Shown here: piece after piece, positions 39,604-49,809 of the stretch | Layout: every line of letters begins with the position of its first letter | Numbering within the stretch: the stretch's first letter is position 1 | Assembly: GCA_030704615.1 (NCBI GenBank) | Contig: CM060733.1 | Coordinates: forward strand, 1,798,001-1,862,000 | DNA: 64,000 nt | Origin: Takakia lepidozioides | Taxonomy: Eukaryota > Plantae > Bryophyta | Direction of reading: 5' to 3' | Program-made: the position numbers and the translations under genes | Notes under the pieces: generated by a model | The model's database searches: none | The model's input: the letters and a program-made list of their open reading frames with translations, nothing else | What the model was told of the DNA's origin: nothing

Positions 39604-40872
39604 TTAGAAGCCTGTTTGTTCCTTTTGAATGACTTTCGATGGCCGGGGCTGAATTCTGATGGCGAGGGCCTTTGCTATTATTTTGTAAACCGAGTTGAGC
39701 AAGGTGATTGGTCGATAATTGGAAATGTCCCTGTTCCCTTTTTTGAAGATAAGCGGTATGAGGCCTTCCGAATTCATACTAGGTTTGGGAGATGTAACTC
39801 CCTACATATACAAGAGAATGGAGCACAAATCTTTGCTGTAGGGCGTATCACGCCAGCGTTAATCAATCCAGCGTTAGTTTCAGTTCAGTGTGCGATGATG
39901 TTGCTCGAAGATTTGCTCGACGAAGAAGGTTACAAGTTCAACGCATTTGACACCTGATTTGAGGTTACACCAACGTCGGTTGCAATGCCAATCTACCGGA
40001 GAGTTGCGTTACAGCTAGAGTATGCATCACTAAAAAACTTGCAAAGAACGACATATTGTAAAGCATAGTATGAGGAAGAGGGAGGGAGAAGCTTTGCATG
40101 ATGGAGAACCCTAATATATGCCTACCATACCATATCACTAGGGAGTGTTCCTTCTTGGACATTAACATGTCTTACTAGCTTAGAGTGATATGCCCTAAAA
40201 CAGTACCTTCAGTCTATCTCTCTCTCTCACACCACGCGCCCACACAACCACCCCGAAAACACGAGCGACACTCCAATCCCTGTAATTTTACATTGCTGTC
40301 CCAAGCCCTGGGGTTAGGGGTTGAATCTCTCCTGTGGTAAGCTGCATGATCCCAGCCAATCAACTTCATTTGGAAATCTTCCGTACCATCTCGGGGTCAG
40401 CATCAAGAATTCGTGATTGCCTCCAGTCGGCTCTCCTCTCCACTTTGCTGCTGTGTCCAGACAAGGCTCGGAATCCAACCGATGCAAAGTCTACTGCGAG
40501 ATGCGATTACAGGCACGAAACGCTAGACAAACGACACATTTCATGATTTTCCGAAGCTTAGCATTTCGATAAACGGGAAGGCCAGAGAGTAAGGATCACA
40601 ATTTGCACGGCGTGATACCAAGAATTTCGGTAGCTGAAGCCTGTCATCTCCCTCGCATGTAATCCCTTCCTCACAACAAAATGTAGGTTCCAAAATTGTC
40701 CTCGACTACATTATTACAAGGGTTTAAGAAAAATGTCTCGTGACTTCAGAACTTCATTGGGTAAGGGCTACCTTTTACAACAAGCCCACATCAACATTCT
40801 TCTGAACCCAACTCAGATCTCTTACTTTTTTCTCCTCTGCATCCTCTACTCCTTCCCTCCCCACAAACCAAA

Positions 40873-41106
40873 CTAAGAATCATCCTCCTCCGTGATTACA
40901 AGCTCCGTGGGTCTGGGCGCATTTGTTCCGAGATTTTTCTTCTGCTCGTGGCTGTACTTTTGGTACACAAGATTTCCAACCACAAACGCAAACACGCCGG
41001 TGCCGATTGCTGCCACCACGACATTGGGCTTTGTATGGAGCTCGGGGTTTACAAGGCGCGAGAAAGGTGAGGACCTACGAAGCCATTCACCAGGGTCCCG
41101 GCTCAT
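40873..41106 (-). CDS. Small single-pass membrane protein, SMIM8/DUF4500-like, intronless CDS
   Basis: FSRLVNPELHTKPN followed by a TM helix (VVVAAIGTGVFAFVVGNLVY) parallels FRAVNPELFIKPN plus TM of SMIM8. The first ATG is at 41106. Confidence 0.72.
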   Translation of the reverse strand: MSRDPGEWLRRSSPFSRLVNPELHTKPNVVVAAIGTGVFAFVVGNLVYQKYSHEQKKNLGTNAPRPTELVITEEDDS

Positions 41107-41906
41107 CCTCTCTGCACTTCTCAAATCCTTCAACCCCTCCAAGCAATCTCAACAAACTCAATCGTCTTCTGCTGTCCTCAGCTCCACTGCTTTCGCGCAA
41201 GCTCTGGCTATGGTGGCTTTGACAAGTCACCTTGCTTTGTCCCAAAACAAAGCATAACCCGCTTGGGCGTACGTTTGTAAGACAAATGTCTGACATTCAC
41301 GTAATATATTGCAGGAATGTTGATGCGGTTGCGGGTCCTTCACACTTTTATCAGTGCTTTAAATTTCGATACTTCTGATTGTATGTTTGTTGGGAGGGGG
41401 TAAGATTTTGTTAACATTGAAAGTGGCTCTAATAACATGGGAGACAATTACATATAGAGGGTGGACTGAACTACACAGGGGTATTCAAGGCTAGCTCTGC
41501 TGATGAAACTACCTGGGTGACAAAGAAAAGAAGCAAAGATCATCTCCGAAAGTCTTTTCCTTCAAGACAGTATTTCTTTCTACATGGAAAACAGTACCTT
41601 CGCACAGCTGGCAGAAAATATTTTTTTGGAGATCATCAGTATCATGTTTATGATGTGCTAATCCATTTACACCTGTGAGCTACCTGTAATTGATTTGAAC
41701 AAGGTGGTTTTCGGCGAAGTACTGAATTGAACCTTCAGTGAGTGTCAGGACAACTGTCCAAAACTGCAGCTGCATTGCAGCCGAATTAGAATATGTGAAC
41801 CATAGCTCGGTGCCTTGCAAATGATGCACAAGATAGAGGAAGGGAATGTATGCCTTTTGGCCTTTGTGCTGTATAAGATCCAATGACATCACCCCTACAG
41901 TCAAGT

Positions 41907-44584
41907 CTAACTATGCGTAGCAATGCACTCAATCTCAATGCGGGCGTTCAAAGGCAGGGCTGCCACTTGGTATGTAGAACGTGCTGGTGCTGGCCCTGGG
42001 AAATCTGCAAACAGAGAGCGCCTATCAGAGACAGTGTTACAAAGGGAGAACCAATATACAGCCTGTAAGGAGACAATTGATCATGTTTTCCAGCAAAAAA
42101 GTTCGCAAATTCTCATTTGTTGCTCTGGGTAATCGAGTCACTGCAATCTAGGGAAATAGGATGATACTTGGCTAGAAATATGCCGTGGTATCCACATTTT
42201 TCTAATCAATACCCACATGTTTCTCTTCCCTGTCTGTCCATGATCCTGTTTGTACCCCTCTATGGATATTTTCATTTGCCAGCTGCAGTGAGTTCAGAAA
42301 ATTGCTCCTAGCCAGCACACACTCAAGAGGCCAAACATCACGGGCAAGGAAAGAAGATTCAAACGAGAGAGAAATACTTACACTTGGCATAAATCTCATT
42401 AACAGCCTTGAAGTCTGCAAGATCCGCTAGCATGATTGTTGTTTTTACAACGGAACCATAGCTAGCACCTCCTGCTTTCAATATCTCTCCAATGTTTCTC
42501 ATAACCTGCAATGTCACCACCTCACATTCAGAATAGTTTGAGCTTAAGCTTAAGCACATCATCTAGTTAGTGCACATTCTTAGAGCCGAAGATCGGAGCC
42601 AAGGAGTGGTTAGGAGGTTGCACTATACCTGTTCTGTCTGACCTTGCACAGTCTCGGAAGCAAATTTTCCTGTCTACAGACCAATAACACATCTCTTAGA
42701 ATCTCTACAATCTCAGATTCTTCCATCCTTAAACTTGAATGATAGACATGTCATCTAGCTTCACAGTACAACTGCTACAAAGCCAATCTCTGTTCTTATG
42801 TGCCCCTATACTTTGTACACTAACACGGGGAGGAGAAGAGAGGAAGAGATACCAGAGAGAAATTTACCTCAGGAATCAGGCCCAACATGCCAGAGACAAA
42901 AAGAAGGTTGTTGGCTTTGATAGCTTGTGAATATGGCCCCAGTGCTGCTGGTGCCTTGTCCGTGATCACTGCCTCTTTCTGGACAGCTACTCATCAGCCA
43001 CTTTTCGGTCAATATTGATACTATCCTTACTCAGTTATGGAAAGAGAAGCACTGCATCCAGCTTGTACAAATTGGATATCTTACTGCAGGATTCCACATG
43101 ATTGGTGCTTAACAAGGGAGCTCAACAATGAAGTGGACAGGCATTGTATGTAGTTGCAAGAGCACACTACATGTGTTCACCAAATCAAGCATACAGACAT
43201 CCGCGTCATGTCTATTGATAATGCACGTCTCGTTATGAAGACAGAGTGCATGACACATGGTATAAGAGTGGTTTCGATCTTCCGATTACTTTCTACATTA
43301 AGGCTAACATGTGTTTGCAAATTCCATCCTCACCCCCCTCGGACCATGGGAAACCCTTGGCTTTATATAACTCCATTCAATCCTACACCAGTGGCCATAG
43401 CTATATATTTACTAATGTACAAACTCGCCCCATTCTCCAATGCAATACCAGATTGTAATCCTCTGTACTTGATAACACTGAGTGACCTCATTGTGACATC
43501 TTGTAGTATTCACCCAACACTGAGGAAAACCTTTCTCTAATGAGATTGTAATCCTCTATATATGATAACATTAAAGACTTAATTGTGATCCTTTGTGGTG
43601 TTCACCACATATTTTGCAACAAAAGGAAGTTGAGAAACTTGCAAACGCCTTTCAATACAATGCAGAAATCCATGAAAACTTTCTTAGAAAGTGCATGTCT
43701 GAAATCAAGTAAGACATTGTCCTATACTTGATAAAATTGATTGACCTAATTGTGACTTCTTGTGGTGTTCACGCAACACTAGGAGAACCTTTCTCTAATA
43801 CACTACCAGATTGCAATCCTCTATCGACCTCATTGTGATCTCTTGTGGTGTGCCTCTTAAATTTCGCAACAGATGGAAGTAGAAAAAATTGCAAAAACCT
43901 TTCCATACAATACAGACTTCAACGAAAACTCTCTTAAAAGTGCATGTGTGAAATCAAGCCCGTGTTCAGAAATAATGAATGGGACTAGCGCCCAAGATTT
44001 TCCTTCATACAGTGCCCTGTTACCGTATATTTGCTTACTTCCCAGAGAGATCATTAGTTCTTTCTCTCTGGAATTCCCACATTGCTGCATTCCATAATTT
44101 TGTGTCTGAAATCTTGAACAGTGCTTAAAATTAGTCATGGAGGAGGAGTAAAATAACGACTAGCTCGGGGTACCCAAACCCCTAGCGCAAGGTGGCAGAT
44201 GGGAGAGGAATATTCTTCTGCAAGATGTATGAATAGAAGTGAATTAAAAGGAGGAAATTCAAACGAGAACACACTCGAGATTCTCACCAACAGAAAAACC
44301 AACGAATATGAGTATAGAATTCATTCTCACACACTGAGGTCCAACAGCTTACTTTCAGCTTCAACGAGGCTTCGTGCTGATGCCTTCCAGGAAAAAAAAG
44401 GAAGGGCACGCCTTTCGGCCATCGACCGGCCTAAGACCTTGGATCCAAAAGACACGCAACAGAAGCCAGCTCCCTGGCCAATGAATCCCTGGGAATTGCT
44501 GCACATTTCCTTGAAAGAGGATGGGGAACCCCCGATTGCTCTCACCATGGCCCCCGCACCCGTCAACAGATTAGCTGCAGCCAT
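41907..44584 (-). CDS. RIDA: Reactive intermediate deaminase A (YjgF/YER057c/UK114) with an N-terminal organellar targeting-like extension; 5 exons (~44584-44335, 42986-42868, 42673-42629, 42504-42381, 42004-41907)
   Basis: Motifs TDKAPAALGPYSQAIKAN, FVSGMLG, VVKTTIMLADLADFKAVNEIY and PARSTYQVAALPLNARIEIECIA (catalytic Arg and Glu present). An alternative ATG lies at 44596, and the exon 1 donor is uncertain. Confidence 0.92.
43440..43960. repeat. Degenerate ~95-120 bp tandem repeat with a higher-order duplication in RidA intron 1
   Basis: AGATTGTAATCCTCT...ATTGTGA...TTGTGGTGTTCAC recurs about 4 times, and 43610-43712 resembles 43860-43958. Confidence 0.75.
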
Positions 44585-44871
44585 GGACGGTGACATTCTG
44601 CACTGCCTCCGCACTAGGCAATCGCGCAACTCTCTCTCTCTCTCCCTAGGTTTGATCAAGAAGGCGATCTCCCGAACCCCACACCTGTTTTGGGAACCAG
44701 GCTCGGCATGGATGAATGTCCGAACCTACCGTCACCTAAGGAGGACGAGAAAATGTATAATCTGAGCATATCTCATCTTCCGTCGATCGTCAAGCTGATG
44801 CCATCAGGTACCAGGCACATTGGATCTTCCCATTATTTTCTTCCAGATTACTTTTAAAAAAACATTATTTA

Positions 44872-45079
44872 ATAAAGGTAAACACCTGGGAGCGACAGCT
44901 CACAAATCAGGCTCCTTAGTTATAGTGAGAGGAAAAAATAACCTCTTTCAGAGTAACCTCGCCATGAAGGCTTACGCATGGGACACCGCCCAGAACATAC
45001 CACAGCCATGAAGGTAGAAAGATTTGACCCCAGAACCATCTGGGTGGCACTTTCCAACTGAGCTACCAACTGCTGGTCA
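44872..45079 (-). mobile_element. SINE family D, most complete copy, ~300 bp upstream of the RidA ATG
   Basis: On the minus strand: A box TAGCTCAGTTGG, B-box-like GGGTCAAATC and an A/T-rich tail. Confidence 0.8.
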
Positions 45080-45142
45080 GATTACAAATGTAGTTGCTTT
45101 CTTGTAGCTGTTGACAAAAATAGACAATAAATTAATACATGG

Positions 45143-45300
45143 GCGTTATGGTCAGGAGGTGGTTTTTTTGCCATTTTTGCACCTCCGTTAAATGGCAGAA
45201 TATTCGAGTAAGTAGCGGAATGCTCGAGTGGGTAGCAGAATGCAGTAGTTCGGAGAATGCTAGGGATGTTTCGGGCAGTTTCTGTAGCTGACCATAACGC
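45143..45300. mobile_element. Small MITE-like element
   Basis: 13-bp inverted repeats GCGTTATGGTCAG / CTGACCATAACGC; no clear TSD. Confidence 0.55.
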
Positions 45301-45301
45301 G

Positions 45302-45412
45302 ATGGAACGGTCAGGGCCGGGCCATTCTGCCCCCTTCGCTGCGGGGAGGCCGAGACAAAATTTCAGGACGGGCAGCGAAAGGGGCAGAAAGGCCCGGCCC
45401 TGACCGTTCCAT
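45302..45412. repeat. GC-rich inverted repeat (41-bp arms, 39/41 matched, ~29-nt loop)
   Basis: ATGGAACGGTCAGGGCCGGGCCATTCTGCCCCCTTCGCTGC ... GCAGCGAAAGGGGCAGAAAGGCCCGGCCCTGACCGTTCCAT. Confidence 0.9.
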
Positions 45413-46218
45413 AGTACAGACTGTTTCCACCACAAACTAATCTAACTTACGGCAATATTTACATTGCCCAAACATGTGAATCGAAGATACCTCCTTTACA
45501 ATCACACATGAGCTGTGGGAAGGGTGATCCTCCCATAAGATCTTTATCACCTTTTTTGTAAATTAGTGTACCCCATATCTTGGGGCCCCCCCTTTTTTTT
45601 TTGGGCCATTTAGGACTGTCGGCATGATATTCTGAAAAAAGAAAAAGAAATTGGTTGGTCATATTAATAAAGTCTTCACTAACAGCAAGCCATAGAGATC
45701 TGTAGAATTCTACCGGAATTCCATCTGCCCCCGGTGTCTTAGAGTCTTAAGGTCATAGAGAACCGCCGCTAATTCCTCTTGAGAGACTGGATTAAAACAA
45801 AAGCGAGAAAGCAATCCAATATCGTATGTCTTTTTAAGAAAAAAAAAATAGTGGCCCTGAGAAATTTATTGAATTAAATTAATACCAATATCATATATCC
45901 AATATCCAACACGAGAAGCAGATGACACAGACGACAACACCAAACATCAAACAAAGATGTAAGTTAGAGCCAGAATGGGGCCAAATTCCTCTTAACCAAA
46001 AAAACAGACCATATCCCACTTCTCCTGGCCGCAAAACGCTAACCTTCCTTGTTTGATTTGTTCAACAGGCTCCGTCCCTGTTGTTTAAAAAAATAAAAAT
46101 AAAAATATCAATGAAGTTGTAAATTGGGTCAGTGAGTCGTTGAGTCCGCCCCCTCGTTGAGTCCGTATAGTCCTCATCGAGTCCCTATTTTTAAAGAAAC
46201 AAGACACAAAGAAACGAC

Positions 46219-46380
46219 AGAGCTGTGGCCCGGTGGTAAGACATCCTGTGCATTGGCCGGGTGGGTGTGGGGTTCAAACTTCAAACCCCTGTGTGCTTCC
46301 TTCGGGCCCGTTTGCCTTCATGGCCCTGAAAGGGGGGGTTCCCCCCCACCCCTCAAGGGAAAAAACATGAAAAACAAAAG
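46219..46380 (+). mobile_element. tRNA-derived SINE related to family D
   Basis: A box TGGCCCGGTGG, B box GGTTCAAAC, a GAAAGGGGG...CCTCAAGGG segment shared with 22990-23030, and an A-rich tail. Confidence 0.62.
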
Positions 46381-49300
46381 AGACACGTTTGGGTGAGCAG
46401 AGTAAAATGTAGAGGAGCGATACAGAAAAGCAACGTATTGTGCGAGGGTGGGAGAGCTCAAGAGCTTCACCAGCCTGGGATGCTCACTGCCATCGCTGCA
46501 CAATTGTAGTTAACGTTGTAAGTGGCAGGCCCGCGTGACAATACTGCATCTCCCTTGATCTTTTGCATGCCTTTGTTTTTGGAAACTTTCATATTCGGAG
46601 TAAGAGACTGATGAGGGGCTGTAGTGGCTATCCCTCAAAACAAGCACTGCCGGTGCCCGGAGCTATGGTCTCCGAAGCACTTCTGCAATGACAGCTGGGA
46701 ATTTCAGAATTTTCACAAGCTTGTGTACATATTTGGAATCTTGCTATGCATTGGCAGACAAAATTGTACCTTGCACTATCATCTTGTAAGAGCTTCAAGA
46801 GATTCAAGGGGAAAAGTTTGTCGTTGTCACGAGAGAACGCAGTTACCACACCATCTCTAAAGGCATGTGGAGGGTTTCCCTTCTGATTGGGAAGCGTTAC
46901 AGTGTTTGTCTTTGGGAAGAAATCTGTCGGACCAACAAACATTGTCAATTGAACTGGAGACCTATGAAAATAATGCAGCGAAGCTTCCAGTGGACAAGAG
47001 GATGCTTGGTTATTAATTCAGTGTCCTTAGAACGATGCGTCGTAACGATTTTGCGAACCATGGTTGCGTCGCAGGTCACAAATCCAGTGTCATCCATCAA
47101 ACTCTCCTTTTTAGAATTCTGATTCGGTGTAGTCGTCAGCTAACTGCGAAGCGCTTGCTTGTTAGAAAACAAGAACTAAGGATGCCAACTTGCCCAGGAG
47201 GATGGACCTCTTATCAGAAATTTCCTGTTAGGGCTTGTGTCAAGTTCTGTGATTTGTATTATAGAATATTCAGTTAAGAAGGATGATATCTCTGGAATCC
47301 GAATCTGCTTCTGATACTCTTGGGGGATGTAGGATTTGTGAGGAGCTGGTATGGCACCAACCCAGACGACATTTCTCTCCATATCCAGGTACGCGGAGTG
47401 CATGTGTGCAGCCAAAAGACAACATACTTGACATCTAATGAAATTGAGAATCAAGGTGAAATAAAAATAAATTCTGTGACGTAGATTTTACCCAAACACC
47501 ACTGTATGCATAAGGCGATGCTTCCATAGCATATGAAACCTTCAGCAAGGATCAATTATACCTGAAGAGTTTTATAGAGTCTAGTCTACACACACATTTT
47601 GCTGGATTGCGAGGGGAGCAGGTTACGAGAAGGGCAGTCACTAACAAGAGCTAAGTTTCTGGCCAATGCTTTCCGGGTTTACTGGCAGCAATCTGTGGAT
47701 GCTGTGAGCCTGGAAGATGGAGGGATGGGTGCCTGTGCCAACAAGTAAGTCATGGCAAGGCAGCTTGGAGCCAGGCAGTTACTGGGCCAGCAGGGGAACA
47801 AACATCACAATGTCCAATCACCTAAACCCTTCATAGGCTATACTATGAACGTCTCCTTACCTGAGGACTGAAATATCCAGCATCATGGGTCCTGAGTTTC
47901 TAAGAATCAGCAACCTCAACATCTCGTTGGCTGAAGTTCTGTAGCTCCTGTCTCCTTGTGCATCCTGAGGGGAATCCACTTGGCCAGCCACTAGTATACA
48001 AAGATTGTGGCCAATGGTTCGGTGCCTCATCTCAGTGGATGGCTGAATTGAGTGGTTTGACCGAGGTATGGTCTCTAGAAGTGAATAAGGACCCAAGTTG
48101 TCAATTTTGAAGATGCTTGTTTGCATAGGTCAGTTTGGTTAGAACTGTGGCAAGTGTAGGAGAAAGCAAGAAGGTGGGCCTGGCAGCCTCTTCTGGGCCA
48201 CCTGTAGCAGCACATGGAATTCTGATTTTGATTCTGATTCTGCAAACGGAGCATCCTGATCAAGGAGTGGGGTCTGTACGTTTCTCACACAAGCCTCACA
48301 CCCCTATATTCAACTGTAGGTCCTCACTAAATGGAAGATGAACTTCAGATCTCCTTTTCGGTATGTGCTAAACCCTGTGAGGGTTTATGCAATATATGTG
48401 TACTGTACATTTCTCCCACCACCTTCAACCTGTTGGACCGGCGAAATTGAAGAAGATCAAACTCAACTCACTTTGTCTAAACAGTTCTTAAGGCAAAGTT
48501 CAAAAGTGATAACTGGATCATAGATGTACTGCACACTGCAAGGGCATCTGATAGGTAGCATGGGGCCGATGGCTCCCATTTGGACATTCAACTATTCATA
48601 ACTGGATAGATTGTGTTAGCAGTCTGGCATGGCACGGCACTTCCAGCCACATGTACATGTTCCCGTTGGGATGATTGAATGGGTGGCATGGTGGGTGCAG
48701 AGTTACTGGGGTGTCTCTGGCTGCTGCATCCTGCAAAGAAAAACCACTGCACCTTGGACAGGTATTTAATGTATTTTATCTTAATGTTCAGTTGTGCATT
48801 CCTTTTCTGAATCTTAGAAGTCCTGGTTAAGTACCGTCGTAGCAACCGTTTAGGTAGTATTGAGGACTTATTGGCCCTGGAGCGTTTATTTCTTGCTTTC
48901 AGAGGCGTTCAAGGCAACCATGAGGCACTGCTTTGTTTTTGGATGTATCTCAACTTAGAAAGTTGTGGTACTGCTGGATTAATGAATGTTTGGAAACAAA
49001 CTCTCTAGATTCTGCCGTGTTATTAGTTAACTCAGCTGCAATCCATCTTGCAGGGCACCCTGTCGAAAATTTCCCCTGGGGTTAACTAACCTTGTAGACA
49101 TTCACAGTTGCTGATTTCTTTTGCTGATTGGCCAGTGGGACACCCAATCAGTAACCAAGCAGCTGTGCTATTCACACTGTTGAGGAGATGGGCTAGGCTA
49201 CCTGCATCTCTCTTCCCAAGACAGTTATAAACCTTTACTGAATGGTCTAGCCTACCTGCATTTCTCTTCCCAAGACAGTCCTAAATCTTTACTGAAGCAA

Positions 49301-49809
49301 GCTCAGCATAGAGCCATTTGCAGTGGGCTGACATTTGAACCATCTGAAGGCAACTGTGAATTTTTCTTCCCAAGACAGTTTTAAGTTTTTTCTTGAACTC
49401 CTCAGTTACATCATGCCATTTTGCAGCAGGTTTGCATTTGAACAGTCTAAACAAAGGCAACCATGGCACTTGCAGGTGCCAAGGAGCAGATTGTGTGGAA
49501 GCGTGGACCCTTCCTCAGTCTCCTTTTCTCGAGGAGGATTACTAATCGATGGTCATGTGTCTCTGGGAATCACAGTTCGTGCACCCTCCCGAAGGTTCAA
49601 TGCTGCCTGGACCTGGACAGTAAAGATTGGTTATGGTAGATTTATTAACTTGCTGATTAAAATTCACATCTGGCTACATAACCTGACTTCAGTTGATGGT
49701 TGTTGAACAGTGATTGATTCACACACATTCATGGGGATTGCTTGGTCATTTGAAAAGGTTAGACTCATACACTAGTACACACCTCTAACATCTCAAAGTT
49801 TATGTACAG

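Larger units (their letters stand above)
27951..39840 (-). mobile_element. 5'-truncated L1-clade LINE (segments ~27951-29914, ~38246-39255 and 39604-39840) split by nested insertions
   Basis: Motifs NYRPITLLNSVYKIIAK, EQTGF, YADD, NGGLG and zf-RVT (FLWKVAH...CPIC...ETIEHCLVQC). Removing the inserts restores the frames VPRALIH/FSPWSKL and EQTGF/LKDRMILDNI. Confidence 0.88.

Noticed and set aside
39880-39957. LLEDLLDEEGYK, resembling a response-regulator receiver fragment
   Set aside because: Too short, with no other receiver motifs or splice support, and it lies at the edge of an L1 fragment.
40873-41909. RidA-SMIM8 bicistronic transcript
   Set aside because: The 800-bp gap includes a CpG-rich stretch just upstream of the small ORF, consistent with its own promoter. 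There is no sequence evidence for co-transcription.
43440-43960. CRISPR-like repeat-spacer array (also considered for 11.7-12.4 kb)
   Set aside because: The units are degenerate with duplicated rather than unique spacers, the context is eukaryotic, and there are no cas genes.
21900-46300. tRNA genes at the A/B-box sites
   Set aside because: No acceptor stem or cloverleaf could be formed. Shared downstream bodies and tails indicate SINEs.
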